Virus record (IMG/VR): IMGVR_UViG_3300028833_000090
Length of the DNA: 64,000 bases
Reading direction: 5' to 3' (one strand)
From: an uncultured virus (IMG/VR IMGVR_UViG_3300028833_000090)
Lineage: Duplodnaviria; Heunggongvirae; Uroviricota; Caudoviricetes
Part shown: piece by piece, positions 9,169 through 18,026 of the stretch
Layout of the letters: each line of letters starts with the position of its first letter
How positions within the stretch are numbered: position 1 is the stretch's first letter
The notes under the pieces: model-generated
The model's input: only the letters and a program-made list of their open reading frames with translations
What the model was told of the DNA's origin: nothing
Databases searched by the model: none
Position numbers and translations under genes: made by a program

Positions 9169-9537
9169 ATGTCGAAGAATTCAAAAAAGTTTTGTATAAA
9201 AAACTTCGTTGAGAAATACAAGGACTATACTTTCAAAGAAGGTGAAGATGTCATTGCATCTAATAGTATAGTTAGGGGTGATTTTTGGGCAAGAAGTACC
9301 TATAAACGTTTTGGAGGGAAGGATTCATTAAACCAAAATCATCACTATATTAATGGAGGCAGTGACTACTTCTTTTATTGCTTACCTCTAAATGAAGAAG
9401 TAATAAATTTTTGTAAAGTAAAGGGTGGTTTTGATTTGTCTTATACTCAAAATATTGTATTTCTCCCTATAGACGAATGGGAGAAATATCAAGGCCTAAT
9501 CACTGATGCTATTATGTGTTGGGATAGGTTTGAATAA
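9169..9537 (+). CDS. Hypothetical protein
   Basis: 122-aa ORF after promoter motif at ~9125. Confidence 0.75.
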   Translation: MSKNSKKFCIKNFVEKYKDYTFKEGEDVIASNSIVRGDFWARSTYKRFGGKDSLNQNHHYINGGSDYFFYCLPLNEEVINFCKVKGGFDLSYTQNIVFLPIDEWEKYQGLITDAIMCWDRFE

Positions 9538-9583
9538 TAATTAAAATAGCTAACGGTTCTTAGTTAATATTATACAGATAAAA

Positions 9584-10132
9584 ATGATAAAATATAAAGG
9601 AACAATAGAGATTAATTACAGTATTCCTCTTTTAATGTTTCCAAAAGGAAGTGAAAGTGATTCTGTAAAACTCGAGGACTTGTATGAGTGGGACAAAGAC
9701 TATGTACTCTGTGAAAAGGAGCCGGGTCAACTCTCAGGCATAGAAAACTTCTTAGAGCAGGGCTTGAATAGTCTAATAAAAGGCATTGGTGAACAGGAAG
9801 ACGTTGTTCCGGTTTTTTACCTGAACCTAAACGAACTTACCGTAAAAGAGATAAAGGTTAGTGTTAGGTATTTTGGTGGATTCTACAACGTGAAATGCAG
9901 TACAGAGTTGGAGCCAAGTCAATATATCACTATTGAAGAAACTCCTGGAAATTCTGTTAATATTACAATAGAAAATGCAATACTTAATAGGATACGTAAA
10001 TGTGTTTCTGATATTATGAGCAAGAGCGATTTAGGTACAGTAATGTATAAGGGAACTCCTTTTATTGTACGTATGGATTGCGATAACGTTGAACATACAT
10101 TTAACTTTTACAAACCACACAATAAAGAATGA
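9584..10132 (+). CDS. Hypothetical protein
   Basis: 182-aa ORF, ATGA overlap with next gene. Confidence 0.8.
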   Translation: MIKYKGTIEINYSIPLLMFPKGSESDSVKLEDLYEWDKDYVLCEKEPGQLSGIENFLEQGLNSLIKGIGEQEDVVPVFYLNLNELTVKEIKVSVRYFGGFYNVKCSTELEPSQYITIEETPGNSVNITIENAILNRIRKCVSDIMSKSDLGTVMYKGTPFIVRMDCDNVEHTFNFYKPHNKE

Positions 10133-10659
10133 AAGATTTAAATAGTTTATATAACATATCACTCTACATTCTCAATCATAATCCCTACGGCAAGAATGTG
10201 CCGATGGAATTAGGACTGTTTTCGAGAATATTATTCGATGCTAATGCATCACAGATATACTCATATGCTTCTGTAATCATTAAAGATTATTGGGAAATTG
10301 ATGAAAAGAAGGATATGATATTTCCTAAATCTTTTGAAAAGATGATCTCTTCCGATAAGTATAAAATATGGATAGAAGGAGATAAAATCTGTACCGATCA
10401 GGATGCCGACTTAGATTATTTATCAGAAGTAACCAAAGAAACTCTAGATAATCATCTAAGACTTCCTGCTGGATGTAGTTGGACTGTCGAAACTTGGTAT
10501 AGAGTTAAAATGAGTCCATCTTTTAAAAATTCTAATATATTTAAGGATAAAAAGAAAATAACTCCTCCAAATATTTTAGAGTATGTTTATAATAATGTTA
10601 AATCTTGCGTAGAGGAACAGTTTTTCCTCGACCAATCATGTGGTAATTATTATAATTAA
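10129..10659 (+). CDS. Divergent Panacea/SocA (DUF4065)-like protein
   Basis: LYILN...SRILFDAN...YASVIIKDYW...ADLDYLSE pattern; GPV motif absent. Confidence 0.45.
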   Translation: MKDLNSLYNISLYILNHNPYGKNVPMELGLFSRILFDANASQIYSYASVIIKDYWEIDEKKDMIFPKSFEKMISSDKYKIWIEGDKICTDQDADLDYLSEVTKETLDNHLRLPAGCSWTVETWYRVKMSPSFKNSNIFKDKKKITPPNILEYVYNNVKSCVEEQFFLDQSCGNYYN

Positions 10660-10673
10660 TAATACAAATAAAA

Positions 10674-11114
10674 ATGACAGAAGAAGAGAAGCAACTACTA
10701 TTAAAAGATTTATGTGCGAGGTTGCCTTATGGAATTATTCTTGATATTGACACAACGGATTGGAAAGTACCACAAGGGCATATACAATTAAAAATAGAAG
10801 GCATTGGCATTATATTTAAAGATATGTCCTTAATTGTAAATGGTTCTTATTATGGTGATAAATATAAGCCATATCTTCGTTCAATATCGAGTATGACCGA
10901 GGAAGAGAAAGAGGAACTAAGGCAAGAACACCTCAAAGATGAGAAGTTGTATGCTGAGTGTATAACAAGGTCAGAGCAGGGTGACAACTCTATGCGTGGT
11001 AAAGTCATTCCACACTTCGCAGCTGATTGGTGTAACGAACATCACTTCGATTATAGGGGTCTTATTGAAATGAACTTAGCCTTAGAAGCCCCAGAAGGTA
11101 TGTATAACAACTAA
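10674..11114 (+). CDS. Conserved phage hypothetical protein
   Basis: MTEEEKQLLLKDLCARLPYG...KPYLR..SSMTEEE, recalled from Bacteroidota phages. Confidence 0.8.
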   Translation: MTEEEKQLLLKDLCARLPYGIILDIDTTDWKVPQGHIQLKIEGIGIIFKDMSLIVNGSYYGDKYKPYLRSISSMTEEEKEELRQEHLKDEKLYAECITRSEQGDNSMRGKVIPHFAADWCNEHHFDYRGLIEMNLALEAPEGMYNN

Positions 11115-11126
11115 TAAAACTGGAAA

Positions 11127-11354
11127 ATGAGGTGTGGAATAAATCCAGAAAAATGTGAGTTTGCATCTAATATGAAAGACAGACCTAATAGTAGATGTCT
11201 TAAATATGAAGATGCAGCTGATTGTCCTAAATGTCTTAGACAAAGAAAAAGACAAAGCAAACATTCTAAACAAAAATTCATTAAGGAATGTTTGATGAAT
11301 TATGACTTTGATAACAAAAAAGTTAAAGCATATTTAAAAAGGAAGTATGATTAA
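11127..11354 (+). CDS. Small Cys-rich protein
   Basis: 75-aa ORF in operon. Confidence 0.65.
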   Translation: MRCGINPEKCEFASNMKDRPNSRCLKYEDAADCPKCLRQRKRQSKHSKQKFIKECLMNYDFDNKKVKAYLKRKYD

Positions 11355-11481
11355 ACAAAGTTGTAAGGTATGTGCACTATCTGAGTTGTCTACAAAAACA
11401 AGAATCAGGTGCAAATACTGGAATAGATGGAAAAAACACTATAATTGGTGTATAAATTTCATAAAGCGTAATAATAGATAA
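11347..11481 (+). CDS. Small Cys-rich protein (44 aa, not in ORF track)
   Basis: MIKQSCKVC...RCKYW...WCINF; fills gap between neighbours. Confidence 0.6.
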   Translation: MIKQSCKVCALSELSTKTRIRCKYWNRWKKHYNWCINFIKRNNR

Positions 11482-11488
11482 AAAATAT

Positions 11489-11884
11489 ATGACAAATAAT
11501 ATGGAAATTACTGAAGATTACGTATCCTTTGAAGTAGCAAAACTTCTTAAGGAAAAAGGATTTGATGTAAGATGTAATACGTACTACATATCAGATAATG
11601 AGATTGCAGCATTACCTATTACAAGAGATTTTAATAATCATGGTATTTACTTATCCGCTCCAACCCATCAAATGGCGATGAAGTGGTTGAGGGAAGTGCA
11701 TGGATTATTTATATCTATTGGAAATGATGACCTTGGCTATAATTGGCAAATAATGGATGTCGAGAATAGGACAGATAACGGTGACCCTACTTATCTGACA
11801 GAATCCTATGCTGGTTATAAATCTTACGAAGATGCTGTAGAAGCAGCACTCAAATATTCACTTTCAGAAAAAATTAATCTATGA
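11489..11884 (+). CDS. Conserved phage hypothetical protein
   Basis: [17 protein letters not shown]...[13 protein letters not shown]. Confidence 0.8.
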   Translation: MTNNMEITEDYVSFEVAKLLKEKGFDVRCNTYYISDNEIAALPITRDFNNHGIYLSAPTHQMAMKWLREVHGLFISIGNDDLGYNWQIMDVENRTDNGDPTYLTESYAGYKSYEDAVEAALKYSLSEKINL

Positions 11885-12237
11885 ACTACAAAGAATTAAT
11901 AGAGTTAATAAATAACCAACAGTTCACCGATTACGAGGAAGCTAAAGATTACATTCTTAGTAATAAATATGCTGAACCGTATTCACCCAAACTTAATCCT
12001 TTCGGGAGTTATTACTTTACACTCGATGAAGTTAATTTGGTACTGATAAAAGAATCTGGTCAGGTTAAATTAGCTAAAGCAATTTCCTCGAGTGAAGTTA
12101 AGAAGTTACGCGAGGTTACAGGACGTGGAATGATGGACTGTAAGAAAGCATTAGTTAAATCAGACGGAGATTTTGAAGAAGCCATCAAAATCCTTGAAAA
12201 GATGCCTATAATACTTGTACATAGGGTAAATGAATAG
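11881..12237 (+). CDS. Protein with EF-Ts N-terminal (UBA-like) domain at its C-terminus
   Basis: [38 protein letters not shown] matches the EF-Ts N-terminal signature. Confidence 0.85.
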   Translation: MNYKELIELINNQQFTDYEEAKDYILSNKYAEPYSPKLNPFGSYYFTLDEVNLVLIKESGQVKLAKAISSSEVKKLREVTGRGMMDCKKALVKSDGDFEEAIKILEKMPIILVHRVNE

Positions 12238-12273
12238 GAAGTTCTAAAGAATAAAATAATTCTTAATAAGAGA

Positions 12274-12319
12274 AAAAAAAAAATAAAACTAGCATAAAAA
12301 CTAGTTTTATTTTTTTTTT
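12274..12319. terminator. Bidirectional terminator
   Basis: A-tract TAAAACTAG/CTAGTTTTA T-tract between convergent genes. Confidence 0.75.
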
Positions 12320-12320
12320 G

Positions 12321-12782
12321 TTATATCAAATCCCATTTAGATTTAGTTGGAATTTCTCTAAGCCACTCACTCTTTTTACGTATTTTCTCTAACTCTTCTT
12401 CTAACTTTTTATCTGCTTGCCTTTTAGCTTGACGCTTCTCTTCGTAATTTTCTTTATCTATTTTTCGAGATTGATCCCAGTCAATCTCTTTATTACGTCT
12501 ACGTTCAGATAACTCCTTATATTTGTTACGGTAGTTTTCATTAGCTGCTTCATATTCATTATGACGTCGCTCAAAAGCCCTATCTTCCTTTAAATTTTCT
12601 TCTCTTATAGCTGTTCTTTTTGTTCTTATATTTGTTAATGCTCTTCTACCCTCTCTTTTTGCATTCCATGCATGTAAATTTGCATTACTCATTCTTCTAC
12701 TCTCTGTCGGGAAGTATTCATTGCCAGCTTTCAGTACTCTATCTCCCAATAATCCGTATTGTTTAGTTCTATATACAATCAT
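12321..12782 (-). CDS. Charged coiled-coil protein with MIVYRTKQY N-terminal tag
   Basis: 153-aa ORF; shared N-terminal motif. Confidence 0.8.
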   Translation of the reverse strand: MIVYRTKQYGLLGDRVLKAGNEYFPTESRRMSNANLHAWNAKREGRRALTNIRTKRTAIREENLKEDRAFERRHNEYEAANENYRNKYKELSERRRNKEIDWDQSRKIDKENYEEKRQAKRQADKKLEEELEKIRKKSEWLREIPTKSKWDLI

Positions 12783-12923
12783 TTTTTTTTACTTTTATTA
12801 AATTTTAATTCTAGTTATATATAAGGGGGGGGAGTGAAATAATATAATAAAACCATTCTTATTTTTAGAGTTATTTTTTTTTTCTTACAAAATTCTTGTT
12901 TATAGATTAAAATGAAGATAATT

Positions 12924-13652
12924 ATGATATTATATAGAACTAAATATTTCACAACACTTACTCATTATACAACAGCTCCAGGGGCTATTCAAATAATGAG
13001 AAATGGATTTATCGATCAAAGACAGGAAAAATTACATGGATTATCATTCTTTGATATAGAAGATGATTATATACGTAATAATCCAAAGATTGATATGGTG
13101 GATTTGATAAAGTATTATAAAAGTTTGGATCCAAGAGATAAAATCTATATAAAAAAGTTAAATGAGAAGGATGATTATGGTTACGATTTGTATGATATAG
13201 ATGAAAATGCTATTGTTCATAGGACTAATTTTGGTTATCTAAAAACTAAAAATCAATATAATTCAGACCCAGCGCTAGATGCTTCTGAACATTACAATAG
13301 TTTTATTAGACATCCAGAAAATAAAAATCCTCTACCTATAGAGTTATCTCAACTCCAACATTTATCCGGTGCCTTACATAAAAACAAGAATAATGAACGT
13401 ATATATAGAATTATAACAGAATCTAAAAATAATAGAGATCTATATTCAATTAAGGGTATGCTTGAAACGAGAACCCCAGCTGTTAATATAGATAATACAA
13501 AGAATAAATTAGAAATTCCTAGAGGTATGTATAAAGCTCATAAAGATGGGTATTTAAACGATTTTAGTTTATTTAAAGAATCTGATTACAACATGAATGA
13601 CTTACCGACAAGGGAAGCCGTAGAAGATATATTAAAAAATTATGAAAGATGA
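12924..13652 (+). CDS. MILYRTKYF-tag protein, possible ADP-ribosyltransferase-like fold
   Basis: Start set at MILYRTK; LTHYTT..GA.QIMRNGFI resembles the first strand and helix of ART-fold proteins (weak). Confidence 0.7.
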   Translation: MILYRTKYFTTLTHYTTAPGAIQIMRNGFIDQRQEKLHGLSFFDIEDDYIRNNPKIDMVDLIKYYKSLDPRDKIYIKKLNEKDDYGYDLYDIDENAIVHRTNFGYLKTKNQYNSDPALDASEHYNSFIRHPENKNPLPIELSQLQHLSGALHKNKNNERIYRIITESKNNRDLYSIKGMLETRTPAVNIDNTKNKLEIPRGMYKAHKDGYLNDFSLFKESDYNMNDLPTREAVEDILKNYER

Positions 13653-14554
13653 TATTATATAGAACAAAGTATTATGGTGTAGCTGATAGTGTTCGAAAGG
13701 CAAAGGGTGAATATTTAGATAAATTATTTTTAAATGCGAAGAGGAAAAGAAATAATATTGAATGGGAGAAATGCTTAGACAATGAATGGGATGTTATAAA
13801 AGATCATTATAAAAATGAAGTCAAAAAACAACTTAAGAAAGGTGACGAACTTCAACTTGAGAGAAATCTAAAGATGAAAAATACAAGGCCTGATGAATCA
13901 GTTAGAGAAGACTTTTTCAATAAGTATTCAAGACTCGCAGAAGATAATGGTATTTCTATAGTCATTGACCCTACAATAAAAAATCCTTTTACTCGGGGTA
14001 CGGAGCTTCATCTAAAAAGCGATAAAGGAACCTCGATAGCTCACGAAATTGAACATGCATTTCAAAATAAGAACAGGGAATTACTATTACCTAAAAGTCG
14101 AAGAAGTGCTAATTACGGTATTGTAGAATCTCTAAAGAAAAATGATGATGCTACTCCTTTAATGAAAGTTTTATATAATCGAGATCAACTTCCATTAGAT
14201 TATTTAAGAGGAGCTGTTGCTAAGGAAGATGGCGCTATTACAGCTAATACAAAAAGGTTGTACCTTGATCCAAAGATTTCATTGGATTTTGTAGGGGCTT
14301 CTGAGCATACTCCATATAAATTATGGACAAGAGCTCCTTTAGGTGATACTAATACAAACAGAAACTATGCTGATCTTCTTTCAAAGAACTGGATTGATCC
14401 TGAATTATACGGCAAAATAAAAGAAAATGCTAAAAAGAAGGGTATTGATCTAGAAAAGAAAAGTAGAGTAGATAGAACACCAGGAACACCAGATGTAATA
14501 GAGAGAGTAAAAAAGTGGAATCTTGAAAAATTTGGTCATTCAAATATAAATTAG
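13649..14554 (+). CDS. MILYRTKYY-tag protein with HExxH metallopeptidase motif
   Basis: SIAHEIEH; downstream E in AKEDGA. Confidence 0.75.
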   Translation: MILYRTKYYGVADSVRKAKGEYLDKLFLNAKRKRNNIEWEKCLDNEWDVIKDHYKNEVKKQLKKGDELQLERNLKMKNTRPDESVREDFFNKYSRLAEDNGISIVIDPTIKNPFTRGTELHLKSDKGTSIAHEIEHAFQNKNRELLLPKSRRSANYGIVESLKKNDDATPLMKVLYNRDQLPLDYLRGAVAKEDGAITANTKRLYLDPKISLDFVGASEHTPYKLWTRAPLGDTNTNRNYADLLSKNWIDPELYGKIKENAKKKGIDLEKKSRVDRTPGTPDVIERVKKWNLEKFGHSNIN

Positions 14555-14617
14555 GGAGAAATTTTCCCTCAAAATTCTTAGTATTGATTAAGAGACTGTC
14601 GAATCGTAGGTCGACAC

Positions 14618-14690
14618 ACAAGGGTAGTTCAGCTGGTAGAACGCTGGTCTCCAAAACCAGTGGTCGGGAGTTCGAGTCTCTCACCTTGTG
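14618..14690 (+). tRNA. tRNA-Trp(CCA)
   Basis: CTGGT-CTCCAAA-ACCAG. Confidence 0.93.
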
Positions 14691-14729
14691 CTTTTTGATA
14701 ATGGATATATTCCATTTGATAGAAAAATG

Positions 14730-14854
14730 CTGAGATGGGTTTTTGGGTGTAGTCTTCCCTCTTCAATGACGCGAAGGTAGATCTAGAACATTGATAGATA
14801 ATAGACAAACCAGACTACAGAGACGAGTTCTGTTGACACTCAGGAAAGACTGAG
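14730..14854 (+). ncRNA. Unknown long irregular hairpin RNA
   Basis: CTGAG/CTCAG, TGTAGTCT/AGACTACA, TCAATG/CATTGA nested; 3' TCAG-GAAAGA-CTGA hairpin. Confidence 0.45.
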
Positions 14855-14859
14855 GAAAT

Positions 14860-14932
14860 GCGGGAGTAGCTCAATTGGTAGAGTATCTGCCTTCCAAGCA
14901 GAGGGTTGCGGGTTCGAGACCCGTCTCCCGCT
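14860..14932 (+). tRNA. tRNA-Gly(TCC)
   Basis: TCTGC-CTTCCAA-GCAGA. Confidence 0.95.
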
Positions 14933-14975
14933 CTTTTTACTATTAATTTAATTATTAATTTAAAAACACAACACT

Positions 14976-15230
14976 ATGACAACAAGTTTTATAACATTTA
15001 TTATGGGGATTTTCCTCATATGGTGTGTAACAGATTCAATGAATGAGACTAAGACTCTCTATGAGATTCTTCTTTCAACGGAGAAGGATGAAAATGTAAA
15101 GAGCCAGCTAACGGATCTTTATAAAAAATCAAAGAAAACTAGTATTAAGTATTTGATTATTTTTACTATTCTTCTCGTTGTTTCTCTTGCTATTTCTGTT
15201 ACGAATTTAATTGCAACATTAAGCAACTAA
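14976..15230 (+). CDS. Small two-TM membrane protein
   Basis: Hydrophobic N- and C-terminal segments. Confidence 0.75.
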   Translation: MTTSFITFIMGIFLIWCVTDSMNETKTLYEILLSTEKDENVKSQLTDLYKKSKKTSIKYLIIFTILLVVSLAISVTNLIATLSN

Positions 15231-15290
15231 TATTATATGGTGGGTGGGGAAACCTACCCACCATTTTTTATTTCATCAAATTAATTAATT

Positions 15291-15617
15291 ATGAACTACG
15301 AAGAGAATGATAAGAAAAGACGATATTATGAAGATCTGTTAAGAAAGCGTATTGATATCGTTCAAAGAAGACAGATTGGGCTTATGGATCTTGTTGACAG
15401 GCTTCAAAAAGAGGCTGGAATAACAAGAGGAGATGCTATTGTACATGAAGTTTATAAGGGAACAGATAAAATTTGGAATAAATTATCAGAAAAATCCTTA
15501 GAAAAGTTCCTTCAATATCAAGAAGCTTTAATAGATCTTGAGAATGAGACTAATAAACTCAACAAATTAAACGAAATTTTAAATAATCTTCTTGAAGAAA
15601 GAAATACAAATGACTAA
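15291..15617 (+). CDS. Hypothetical coiled-coil protein
   Basis: 108-aa ORF. Confidence 0.75.
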   Translation: MNYEENDKKRRYYEDLLRKRIDIVQRRQIGLMDLVDRLQKEAGITRGDAIVHEVYKGTDKIWNKLSEKSLEKFLQYQEALIDLENETNKLNKLNEILNNLLEERNTND

Positions 15618-16119
15618 AGAAGAAAAGATCGAGGCACTTGAGGCAGAAATGAACGAGCACTATGACAAGGCCTGGAGTTTACGTGATGAAATTGAGAAGC
15701 TTAGATTAAGTGATATTAATTTTGAGGGTAAATTCGTAGCTAGATCTGATGGTTATGGTGCCCCTTTCAATGACTATATGATTGTAAGTAGTCAACAGCT
15801 TACTGAAGTAAGAGGTAAAAAAGAGGTTTGTTTAACTGGTTTAGCATTCTATATGATGGATGGCGGTTATACGGACAGTATTGATCTATTCTTTAGAGGC
15901 GAGCATACCTGGTGGATTCCTCTGGATGATATTCTTAACCTAAAAACCAATAAAAAGTTGAAAGAAATTGATAAAGAGACTTATTTAAAGGCTGTAGGTG
16001 AGTATATAAAATCCATTCCAGCTTTCATAGATAAATGGATTAATGTTTACATTAAAAATTACGTAGAAAATGACGGAGAAAAATCTAGCTCTACTGAAGG
16101 AGAAGCTTCAAGCTTGTAA
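15610..16119 (+). CDS. Hypothetical protein, paralog of the next gene
   Basis: INFEGK..NDYMIV..VCLTGLAFY. Confidence 0.8.
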   Translation: MTKEEKIEALEAEMNEHYDKAWSLRDEIEKLRLSDINFEGKFVARSDGYGAPFNDYMIVSSQQLTEVRGKKEVCLTGLAFYMMDGGYTDSIDLFFRGEHTWWIPLDDILNLKTNKKLKEIDKETYLKAVGEYIKSIPAFIDKWINVYIKNYVENDGEKSSSTEGEASSL

Positions 16120-16513
16120 TGAACAAGCTGCTCGTTTAAAAGCTGAAATAGAAAAAGATGAGCTAAAAGGAATTAATTATGAGGGTAAGATTCTTTTTAG
16201 AAAAGATGGTACTGGAAATGATTATATGATCGTAAAACGTCAATGTAAAGATGGTGATAAAGTTTGTCTCTCTGGTTTAAATTTTTATATCAACAATTCC
16301 ACAGAAGAATTAGAAAATGCTGAGGTATTTTTTAAAGGGTGGATGACTTGGTGGTATGATCTAAACGAATTTCTTAATCTAGGTAAAGATAAAGATCATA
16401 AAGTCTTGAATAAAATAACTTTTATGAGTGAAATAAAGGGGTATCTAAAAACCCTTGAAACCTTTATAAATGATTGGATTGAAAAATTTATTTCAGAAAA
16501 TGAAATAAATTAA
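16070..16513 (+). CDS. Hypothetical protein, paralog of the previous gene
   Basis: INYEGK..NDYMIV..VCLSGLNFY. Confidence 0.8.
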   Translation: MTEKNLALLKEKLQACNEQAARLKAEIEKDELKGINYEGKILFRKDGTGNDYMIVKRQCKDGDKVCLSGLNFYINNSTEELENAEVFFKGWMTWWYDLNEFLNLGKDKDHKVLNKITFMSEIKGYLKTLETFINDWIEKFISENEIN

Positions 16514-16552
16514 TCTAATCATTTCTAGATCATATTAACGATTTCTGTTAAT

Positions 16553-16624
16553 TGACCTGTGGTGTAACGGTTAGCACCCGAGATTTTGGTTCTCGTAGTG
16601 GGGGTTCGAGTCCCTCCAGGTCAA
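16553..16624 (+). tRNA. tRNA-Gln(TTG)
   Basis: CGAGA-TTTTGGT-TCTCG. Confidence 0.95.
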
Positions 16625-16634
16625 CGCTTTCCGT

Positions 16635-16786
16635 GAGGCTGCGTAGCGCAATTTGGGTTAACTTGAGGGATAAAAGTTAATCTGGAGGCCTCCAAACGAA
16701 TGGTATAGTGGATGCTATACCGCCTGCTAGTATGAAGTAGGTTGTAGTTATCAGTCCCAAGAATCCGAGATCATACTATCGGGTTC
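16635..16786 (+). ncRNA. Unknown multi-hairpin RNA with kissing loops
   Basis: Five hairpins; loop AGTATGA complementary to loop TCATACT. Confidence 0.6.
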
Positions 16787-16799
16787 ATTTAAAATATAA

Positions 16800-16873
16800 T
16801 CTGTTATAGCTCAGTGGATAGAGCGGCTCTCAATAATTGAGAGAAGACGTGGACTCAATCTCCTCTAACAGAA
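16800..16873 (+). ncRNA. Atypical tRNA-like RNA (zipped anticodon loop, non-canonical T-loop)
   Basis: TCTGTTA/TAACAGA acceptor, normal D-arm, CTCTCAA-TAA-TTGAGAG, T-loop CTCAATC. Confidence 0.7.
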
Positions 16874-16883
16874 CATATAAATT

Positions 16884-16957
16884 GCCGATGTAGCTCAGCT
16901 GGCCAGAGCGGCTGATTTGTAATCAGCGGGTCGTGGGTTCAAATCCCTCCGTCGGCT
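16884..16957 (+). tRNA. tRNA-Thr(TGT)
   Basis: GCTGA-TTTGTAA-TCAGC. Confidence 0.95.
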
Positions 16958-16989
16958 CTATTTTTAACTAAATTAAAATTAAAATTAAA

Positions 16990-17136
16990 ATGATCAATAA
17001 GTTTTTATTACTAATTACCATCTTTTCAGATAGAATAGATAAATTCTTATGTGATAATTATTGGACTGTAATGTCTGTTATGGTTATCCTATTTGTAATT
17101 GCAGTAATAATTATCTCTAAGAATCCTAAAAAATAG
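16990..17136 (+). CDS. Small membrane protein (48 aa)
   Basis: MINKFLL...VMSVMVILFVIAVIIISKNPKK. Confidence 0.55.
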   Translation: MINKFLLLITIFSDRIDKFLCDNYWTVMSVMVILFVIAVIIISKNPKK

Positions 17137-17200
17137 GAGTAATAAAAAACACATTTTAAATCTTTCAATACATTTTTAACAATTAAAAAAACATATACAT

Positions 17201-17275
17201 GACAGGGTGGCTGAGAGGTCCAAAGCAACGGTCTGCAAAACCGTACAACCGTGGGTTCGAATCCCACCCCTGTCT
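17201..17275 (+). tRNA. tRNA-Cys(GCA)
   Basis: ACGGT-CTGCAAA-ACCGT; U73. Confidence 0.93.
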
Positions 17276-17281
17276 CATTAT

Positions 17282-17496
17282 AAATCACTACAAGTAGGTT
17301 TGTCATACCTTGCAATTATCTCTTCTTACAATAAGCCAGTTCTCAAATTCTAGAAAGTATGCTAACGCATACATCGGGCTATGTGGGGAGTCTCCTCATA
17401 AGCTAAATAGAAACTGCAGAAATTCTATTTAGTGAAACAGGAGATAGTAAGGTCATAGGTAATGAGAATACAGTATGATCTAAGAAGTAGTGATTT
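17282..17496 (+). ncRNA. Unknown ~215-nt structured RNA
   Basis: Terminal AAATCACTAC/GTAGTGATTT, nested helices, three internal hairpins. Confidence 0.6.
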
Positions 17497-17512
17497 TTTA
17501 GGAAATAAAAAC

Positions 17513-17586
<74 letters not shown>

Positions 17587-17599
17587 CAAATATTAAAAC

Positions 17600-17673
17600 G
17601 GGAATGTAGCTCAGTTGGTTAGAGCAATGTGCTGTTAACACATGGGCCGTGGGTTCGAATCCCTCCTTTCCCG
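17600..17673 (+). tRNA. tRNA-Asn(GTT)
   Basis: ATGTG-CTGTTAA-CACAT. Confidence 0.93.
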
Positions 17674-17716
17674 CAACGTCCTAATTACCTAGAGCTATAA
17701 AGGTGAAGCTCTTAAT

Positions 17717-17801
17717 GGGGAAGCGGCTACGATGGTGGAGTGGCGGCGGACTGTAAATCCGTTACATTGATACGCAGTAGGTTCGAATCCTACCTTCCCC
17801 A
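17717..17801 (+). tRNA. tRNA-Tyr(GTA)
   Basis: GCGGA-CTGTAAA-TCCGT, long variable region; C at position 8. Confidence 0.9.
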
Positions 17802-17827
17802 CACATAAGTTTATAATTTTTTGGTAA

Positions 17828-17901
17828 GCGCCAGTAACTCAGTTGGCTAGAGTACGATACTTTTAATATCGGAGTCCCGAGTTCGAATCTCGGCTGGCGC
17901 A
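17828..17901 (+). tRNA. tRNA-Lys(TTT)
   Basis: CGATA-CTTTTAA-TATCG. Confidence 0.95.
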
Positions 17902-17908
17902 CAAACTT

Positions 17909-17996
17909 GGAGAGTTGGCAGAGTGGACGAATGCAGCGGTTTGCTAAACCGTCGACCGCGAAGAGCGGTCCACAGGTTCGAATCCTGTACTCTCCG
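17909..17996 (+). tRNA. tRNA-Ser(GCT)
   Basis: GCGGT-TTGCTAA-ACCGT, long variable arm, G73. Confidence 0.95.
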
Positions 17997-18026
17997 CATT
18001 ATTTTCCACTAATAAAAAAAAACAAA

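Noticed and set aside
17058..17315. ORFs overlapping tRNAs or ncRNAs (also 14430..14684, 18224..18448, 42995..43231, 43710..43895 and the 5' part of 17907..18197)
   Set aside because: Shadow frames of RNA genes, mostly with non-ATG starts
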